Origin: a virus
Taxonomy: Duplodnaviria; Caudoviricetes
Direction: 5' to 3' (one strand)
DNA: 53,508 bases
Virus record (IMG/VR): IMGVR_UViG_3300046171_000007
Location: 1 to 53,508 of that record
Made by a program: the position numbers and the translations under genes. The notes under the pieces were generated by a model. The model was given only the letters and a program-made list of their open reading frames with translations. It was not told the origin of the DNA and ran no database searches. Positions 48,376 to 53,508 of this stretch are shown piece after piece (within the stretch, counting starts at the first letter, position 1; each line of letters begins with the position of its first letter).

Positions 48376-49142
48376 TATGTTGCTCCTAATTGTTTCAGTT
48401 TGTCGATGTCTGTCGGGTTGCAATACTTCAAGTCTTCCTCAAGGCGCAACACCTTCACGTTTGGTATGTGACTACGCAACTCTTTCGCCATTGCAATAGT
48501 CTTGGTCAGCACGTCAGGGTCTAGTGCAACGATAGCTGCTGAGAACCGTGTGAGATAATGCTTGTGTTCTTCAAGCAATGTTGTGCCTAGCAGTGCGACC
48601 CCGACAAACTTCTCACTGCCTACCACAGCTGCACTCACACAGTCCTCAACAACCACGGCGACATCACCTTGGCCACTGGTATAGGGGAAACCTGAAGACC
48701 CATACCTTCGCCATTTAGGGAGTCGCTTTGTCAACGCCCGACCAGTAGCGTCAACAATCTTGTTGTCATGCACGACAGGAAATACAACACGGTCTTCCTT
48801 TACGTCGTACAGTAATCCCAATTCCTTTTCATTCAGACCCCATCTAGCACACCACCGATTGAATTGCAAGAGGTTTTTGTTGGGTATGATGTACTGAGGT
48901 AACTTAAATTCTTCTACCTTTGTCTCCTGCTGCATCTTCATGCGCTTGATGTCGTCAGGTGTCATGCCTACACGCTTGCCACCACTGACACCACAGGATG
49001 CCTTGTAACAATTCCATACGATGTTACCACCAATGTTCGATACAGTGAACGTCTTGTACCCTTTACATACAGGACAGTTGATACGTTTAGATTCACCGAT
49101 ATATAATGATATATCATTTACTATATTATATATATTATACAT
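48375..49142 (-). CDS. DNA primase
   Basis: CPVC...CYKASC Zn finger; TOPRIM VVED and DPD. Confidence 0.9.
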   Translation of the reverse strand: MYNIYNIVNDISLYIGESKRINCPVCKGYKTFTVSNIGGNIVWNCYKASCGVSGGKRVGMTPDDIKRMKMQQETKVEEFKLPQYIIPNKNLLQFNRWCARWGLNEKELGLLYDVKEDRVVFPVVHDNKIVDATGRALTKRLPKWRRYGSSGFPYTSGQGDVAVVVEDCVSAAVVGSEKFVGVALLGTTLLEEHKHYLTRFSAAIVALDPDVLTKTIAMAKELRSHIPNVKVLRLEEDLKYCNPTDIDKLKQLGAT

Positions 49143-50065
49143 TATATATCCCCTTCGTTTGCGGCATCTAATGTGCTTTTACCATGACTGTTTCGTTTTG
49201 TCAATGCGTAATTTGCAGCATCGTATGTGTTTTTGATGTACGGCTTGACCGATTGTGGGTTAGCATGTCCTGTAACCGACATGATTTGTCCTATTCCTAC
49301 ACCAGCCTGAACCATCTCGGTTGTGCCAGTACGTCGCAGGTCAGATAGTCGCAGAGTGTCAGGCAACCCAGCGTTGCGAATCAGTGCGCGTCCATGCTTC
49401 GACATCTTGAAGATGGTGTATGGTTCATACTTCCCATCAATGGGGTTAGGACGAGGTGCTACATATTCTTGGAACCCAAAGTCCTCATGCTGTTGTGTCA
49501 GCATCTCCATCAGGTCATCCGATATGGGTAGGTACACCTCTGCCCTACGCTTTGACTGCAGGATGTGTACACGCTGCTCATCAAAGTCGATGTTGTCCCA
49601 CTTGAGTAGGCGCATGTCGCCCACACGCTGGCACCATTCGTATGCCATCTGTGCAATCAAGCCCAGATTGCGTGTGTTGAAGTCACTGTATGCTGTATCC
49701 AATAGCTGCATGATGTCGTCCTTTTCCCACAGGGTTGTTCTACTTTTAGGTGTACGCCTACGCACAGCATTGAATGGGTTACGAGTGACCATCTCCATAC
49801 GCAAGCCGTGATTGTACACGACTCGCGCAATAGCCATCGCCTTGTTGGCAAAGTGGATGCCCCTCTCGCACCACTCATCGTAGGCGAGTTTGCACATCTT
49901 GCTTGTCAATTTATTGACATCCACCCTGCCAAAATTTTGACCATCAATCTTTGTGGCCAAAACCTGGCGAATTATATATTCATAGTTAGCTTTAGTTTCA
50001 TCCCGTAACTCTTTGTATTCATAGGATGAATAGTAATCACCAACCATTTCTCTGAAGCTAGTCAT
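49142..50065 (-). CDS. int: Tyrosine recombinase / integrase
   Basis: QRVGD (R), QSK (K), SDLRRT, TGH, PY. Confidence 0.88.
   Translation of the reverse strand: MTSFREMVGDYYSSYEYKELRDETKANYEYIIRQVLATKIDGQNFGRVDVNKLTSKMCKLAYDEWCERGIHFANKAMAIARVVYNHGLRMEMVTRNPFNAVRRRTPKSRTTLWEKDDIMQLLDTAYSDFNTRNLGLIAQMAYEWCQRVGDMRLLKWDNIDFDEQRVHILQSKRRAEVYLPISDDLMEMLTQQHEDFGFQEYVAPRPNPIDGKYEPYTIFKMSKHGRALIRNAGLPDTLRLSDLRRTGTTEMVQAGVGIGQIMSVTGHANPQSVKPYIKNTYDAANYALTKRNSHGKSTLDAANEGDI
49176..49204 (-). promoter_or_regulatory. Sigma70 promoter inside the int 3' end, driving the replication genes
   Basis: TTGACA-17 nt-TAAAAG. Confidence 0.7.
49904..49942. promoter_or_regulatory. Two GTCAA-N4-TTGAC-type boxes inside int
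   Basis: TGTCAATTTATTGACA (49904) and TGCCAAAATTTTGACC (49927); same box as at 1245 and 1406. Confidence 0.5.
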
Positions 50066-50118
50066 AGTCCGAATGCCAACAGAATAATCATGCCGACAAC
50101 TGCAATGATAATGTCCAT
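50062..50118 (-). CDS. Hydrophobic micropeptide (18 aa)
   Basis: GGAG RBS; MDIIIAVVGMIILLAFGL; ATGA overlap with int. Confidence 0.55.
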   Translation of the reverse strand: MDIIIAVVGMIILLAFGL

Positions 50119-50130
50119 GTTATTTTTCTC

Positions 50131-50313
50131 CTAATCGCAAGAGTTCCAGCGAGACATGGTGGCTGTGTACCGACCAGTCTCAGGATCATGTGTTGTCCTA
50201 GCTACTCGTGTGTCGTACCCCAAGGGGTGGTACTGGTTAAGGTACCACTCGACTTGAATGTCCAAGTCTTCCTTGGAGTCGGCCACAAGGGTTTCTTCTA
50301 CTATACGTGGCAT
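50131..50313 (-). CDS. Hypothetical protein
   Basis: YHPLGYDT...SCD motif. Confidence 0.75.
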   Translation of the reverse strand: MPRIVEETLVADSKEDLDIQVEWYLNQYHPLGYDTRVARTTHDPETGRYTATMSRWNSCD

Positions 50314-50559
50314 CTAATAGTCCCACTGCTTGATCTCGACATCCTTGTCAACAAGTGCGTTCTTCAACTCATACCATGCGATATCTACTTTTCGTAGGTC
50401 ATCGTAGTCCAGAGAACATAACTCGCTTATGTGAGTACGAATAGGCACCCATGCCTTGAGTAGTGTCATCATAGCTTCCTGCTGGTGTGGTGTCATAGAC
50501 TTCCAGCAATTGGTTGCTGCTTCGCGCCGCATATCCCATTCAGTTTTTTGCTCACTCAT
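50314..50559 (-). CDS. Hypothetical protein
   Basis: Packed in operon; RBS present. Confidence 0.75.
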   Translation of the reverse strand: MSEQKTEWDMRREAATNCWKSMTPHQQEAMMTLLKAWVPIRTHISELCSLDYDDLRKVDIAWYELKNALVDKDVEIKQWDY

Positions 50560-51068
50560 TGTGTTGCTCCTTTCATCCAGCCAGGAATATCCCGACCTTT
50601 GTTGTACCTTGCAAACCTAGCCTTGTCTGCAATGTAAAAGTTACGATAAGATTTGATAGGCCAGTGTTCGTCTGTCTTCAAGTGATCCATACCACTAAAG
50701 CATTCTGGATGCTTGGTGACGTGGTTGATGGCATCGACAGGCAGGAATTGTTTGCCGTCAGCCAATGCCATGAAGTGTTTGCTTGCACCATGTACCTTGC
50801 CGTAGCGATATGTATATTCTTCTAGCATAGATGCGTACAGATTGAAAGCATAAACGTAGTTCGCTTGGCTACGCATTGCCCACAATGTGCATGGGTGCTT
50901 CTGATGCACAGGCTTATACAAGTTCTTTTCTTCTGCGTACTCTGGTGCTTGATGCCACAGGCTGGTGCATAACATCTGTGCTTCCTCTAGTGGCATCTTT
51001 ACAATGTGCTGGTCACATAGCTGCTTGGCTATGGCCTTGGGGTGGTGGTCCAACAGGAACCGGTTCAT
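50556..51068 (-). CDS. Pyrimidine-dimer DNA glycosylase (DenV)-family protein
   Basis: CDQHIVKM.LE.AQML, HPCT.W, EY..RYGK.H. Confidence 0.7.
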   Translation of the reverse strand: MNRFLLDHHPKAIAKQLCDQHIVKMPLEEAQMLCTSLWHQAPEYAEEKNLYKPVHQKHPCTLWAMRSQANYVYAFNLYASMLEEYTYRYGKVHGASKHFMALADGKQFLPVDAINHVTKHPECFSGMDHLKTDEHWPIKSYRNFYIADKARFARYNKGRDIPGWMKGATQ

Positions 51069-51589
51069 TCTATTGCTCCTGTGTTTGCTTCCTGTTCCTC
51101 ATAGTCGAACTCAGCTTGCATGTAACTGATGCTGAACTCCCAATCAAGTTCAGGGTGTGTGGCAATGGCAAGGTTAATGTCAGATTCGCAGTAGTCAAGC
51201 AACTGCCCATCCTCATGTACGAACCAGCCAATGTACATCCAGCCCTCGTCAAAGTAACGGGCATCAATCTCAAAGCCCATCTCGACCAGCTTGTGGAAGA
51301 CACGATCAGGTGGTGACCAAGCTGACAGGAACGAAATATTAAGCTGGTTGGCATCAATGCGATCACAGTGTGCGTCATAGATGTCCCACTTGGTACCCCA
51401 ATTCTCAAGCCGCCAGTTGTACCAGTTGGGGCCATCGGACAAGCCTTCAGTGCCTTCCAACTCTTGTGGCATTGGGATCAAGGTCTGGCACAGAGGCGTA
51501 TCCTCTGTGTTCATGATGTTGTAGATCATGTCGATCTGCTTCGGGTCTTCGTGTGACAGAATGACCCTGTTGTCGGTATGATTTGGCAT
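51065..51589 (-). CDS. DUF1281/Api92-like ferredoxin-fold protein
   Basis: MPN start; WYNWR..NWGTKW; F.SAWSPP. Confidence 0.75.
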   Translation of the reverse strand: MPNHTDNRVILSHEDPKQIDMIYNIMNTEDTPLCQTLIPMPQELEGTEGLSDGPNWYNWRLENWGTKWDIYDAHCDRIDANQLNISFLSAWSPPDRVFHKLVEMGFEIDARYFDEGWMYIGWFVHEDGQLLDYCESDINLAIATHPELDWEFSISYMQAEFDYEEQEANTGAIE

Positions 51590-51604
51590 AGGTATGTCTC
51601 CTTG

Positions 51605-52145
51605 TTACTGGTCGATGTTGTTATCGTCAAAGTGATAGAACATTTCTTTCACCTTGTCAATGTCAATCTTGAACCACTCATTGCGCCGTTCATCTGCGTA
51701 CTGTTCCAGTGTACGGTGCATCAGTGTCTCAGCCCTGCGCCTGTTCTTTGATTCAAGGGTACAGACAATCTTGTAGTCACGAAAGGGTGATGATGTTTGA
51801 TACCCATTGAGACGATCCTCTGCAATGTTGGCGCAGCCGATCTTCACCCAGTCAGGCCATGCCTGATTGACGATAGCATAGACCTCACCTGATGGTACGC
51901 TGTCAATCTTCTCATGTGACCACGCATCGTCCAGACTTTTGTAGCGTCCAGGTTTATGCAAAGGGTGCGACTTTGGAATGTACTTTACCATTCACAAACA
52001 TGCGTGTCGTATTCTTCTTGGCATGATTCGCCAGCCTCTCTCTGTACTTGAATCCGGTGGTGGCAGGGCTTACGTACCACCATTCGCCATCCTCGAATAC
52101 TACATTGTTTGATCGTGCATAGTTCGGGTCAATTTTCTGTGTCAT
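51605..52145 (-). CDS. T5orf172 / GIY-YIG family protein (apparent 1-nt insertion at about 51985)
   Basis: Joins 51954..52184 and 51605..51991 (RMFVNGKYIPKSHPLHKPG); G.VY...KIG...R...QT..P...NEWF. Confidence 0.75.
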
Positions 52146-52269
52146 TGGTAATCTCCTCATAGTTGTTAGTGTCGATGTCTTCATCTGTCAGCCCGACAAT
52201 ATCATTGTCCAGCCAGTCATTGTCAAACAGGAATTGTTCCAAGCCCTGCAGCATCAGTTCCTCATCCAT
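52129..52269 (-). CDS. Very acidic peptide (46 aa)
   Basis: MDEELMLQGLEQFLFDNDWLDNDIVGLTDEDIDTNNYEEITNDTEN. Confidence 0.6.
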   Translation of the reverse strand: MDEELMLQGLEQFLFDNDWLDNDIVGLTDEDIDTNNYEEITNDTEN

Positions 52270-52270
52270 G

Positions 52271-52693
52271 TCAGTCCATCCTCGTGATGAAGTAGCCCTC
52301 GTCAGTAGGCAGGGCAGTGATGGCGTAGGGATAGAAGTATACTGTGCCATCCTTTGTGTCCATCTTGCCTACATACTGCAGGTCATCATCCTCGTCACAG
52401 TTGCTCTTGTACGAACCGTCATCTTGCACGTCGCCGCCGAAACGATACAACTCACCAAAGCCGTAGCGTTCTGTCATGTATTGCACAAGGTCTGATTCAC
52501 CCAGCATGTTATACTCTACCACCCAATGTGGCAACAGTCCCAATGACTCCGTGAGGTGTTCTTTCGGTGCGTCATAGTGTGTCGTGTTAAGTGTCAGCAT
52601 GGTGTTGGTACTCCCTCTGTTTGTTTCATAGAATTGTTTGATGTATTCGTAGTCCATTGATGTAGTATCGAACATGTCCTCACCCATTGTCAA
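52271..52693 (-). CDS. Hypothetical protein (likely start at 52600)
   Basis: GAGGGAG RBS before ATG 52600; ends ITRMD. Confidence 0.75.
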   Translation of the reverse strand: MTMGEDMFDTTSMDYEYIKQFYETNRGSTNTMLTLNTTHYDAPKEHLTESLGLLPHWVVEYNMLGESDLVQYMTERYGFGELYRFGGDVQDDGSYKSNCDEDDDLQYVGKMDTKDGTVYFYPYAITALPTDEGYFITRMD

Positions 52694-53501
52694 CCCCCTT
52701 GAATATGTGTGCTATCACATCAACTGTCCAACCATTGCCCAGCATCTTGTAGCGTTGTGTGTTACTGACATGGGCTGTGTAGTTGTCCGGCACGGTTTGC
52801 AGTCTCTCGCATTCCAGTGGCGTCAGCTTGCGAAACTCTGTCATCGTCTCGTCAGTGAATACAAGCTGGCGTCTGCGCTTCTGGAAATACTGCGTCAGGT
52901 TGCCGCCCTTCCAGTAGTTGGCGTCGATGCAGTACGACTTGTCACGATCTACGTAGCCATCCTCGATGATGTCCTGTAGCTTGATACCCTTGTCGATAGG
53001 TTCATAGTACCTGCCGGTGAATGGAATGTTCGTCCAGTAGTATCGTTGCCTGTTGTGTGCCGACACCTTGTCGCTGTTGATGAAGATCGGTTCGACACCC
53101 AGCGCGTCACTGATGACATCCATAGATTCCTGTTTCATCTTGACATTCTCCAGCAGGAAATACTTTGGCTTGAGTTTGCCCAGGATTTTTACGTACTGCC
53201 AGAATAGCTTGGATCGTGGGTCATCGAAGTGACCATGCCGTCCTGCGCTGCTGAATCCTTGGCATGGACTGCCACCGATCAGCATGTCAATGCCACCCTT
53301 GTCTGCCATAGCATTGACCCAGTTCATGAACGCTGGACTGGTGCAGTCGCCAAGCTGTACCGTGTCAGGGTAGTTGGCTTGTGCCACCTTGATGGCATAC
53401 TTGTCGATCTCGCTGGCGTAGTATTTGTTGACACTGATGCCAGCACGATCCAGCGCAATACGTCCGCATGACATGCCGTCAAACATCGAAAGAATATTCA
53501 T
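52680..53501 (-). CDS. DNA (cytosine-5) methyltransferase
   Basis: SMFDG, EID, GGSPCQGFS, ENV, R.R.YW, LGNGW. Confidence 0.92.
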   Translation of the reverse strand: MNILSMFDGMSCGRIALDRAGISVNKYYASEIDKYAIKVAQANYPDTVQLGDCTSPAFMNWVNAMADKGGIDMLIGGSPCQGFSSAGRHGHFDDPRSKLFWQYVKILGKLKPKYFLLENVKMKQESMDVISDALGVEPIFINSDKVSAHNRQRYYWTNIPFTGRYYEPIDKGIKLQDIIEDGYVDRDKSYCIDANYWKGGNLTQYFQKRRRQLVFTDETMTEFRKLTPLECERLQTVPDNYTAHVSNTQRYKMLGNGWTVDVIAHIFKGVDNG

Positions 53502-53508
53502 AGTCCAT

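Larger units (their letters stand above)
1..53508. mobile_element. Complete HMO-2011-type podovirus genome (circularly permuted; probable marine alphaproteobacterial host)
   Basis: Full set of terL, portal, capsid, tail and ejection genes; polA with DnaJ-like insert; integrase-primase-helicase-polA order; NrdJ; MazG; an ORF spans the window ends in frame. Confidence 0.9.

Noticed and set aside
1-53508. tRNA, tmRNA or phage RNA polymerase genes
   Set aside because: No T-loop/cloverleaf or RNAP motifs seen by eye; a tRNAscan run would be needed to exclude tRNAs fully

Overview
The window looks like a complete, circularly permuted genome (about 53.5 kb) of a marine podovirus of the HMO-2011 type, i.e. 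related to Puniceispirillum (SAR116) phage HMO-2011 and RCA roseophages. The assignment rests on a family A DNA polymerase with an inserted DnaJ-like zinc finger, a tyrosine integrase directly ahead of primase/helicase/polA, a class II RNR, MazG, and no RNA polymerase. Two divergent arms start near 3000-3550. The + arm (3.7-37.8 kb) carries small basic proteins, lysis, packaging, capsid, tail, fibre and internal virion genes. The - arm (2997->1, continuing 53508->37861) carries early genes, a C5 methyltransferase, integrase, replication and nucleotide genes, MazG and a Na/Pi half-transporter. A gene reads cleanly across the window ends. At least 15 single-base indels break genes, including essential ones, and are most likely long-read errors. 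The most interesting signals are: (1) a recurrent hydrophobic-x-x-Gly-Gly motif in many virion and basic proteins, together with an LSxGEFV domain, as a candidate di-glycine maturation/packaging system; (2) a roughly 10-fold GAG/CTC depletion marking a probable first-injected end that carries a Cys-rich gene; (3) a dense array of palindromic boxes; (4) two related structured leaders ahead of the scaffold and capsid genes; (5) ArfA-like and RMF-like small proteins. All family calls come from motif recognition by eye; no searches were run.
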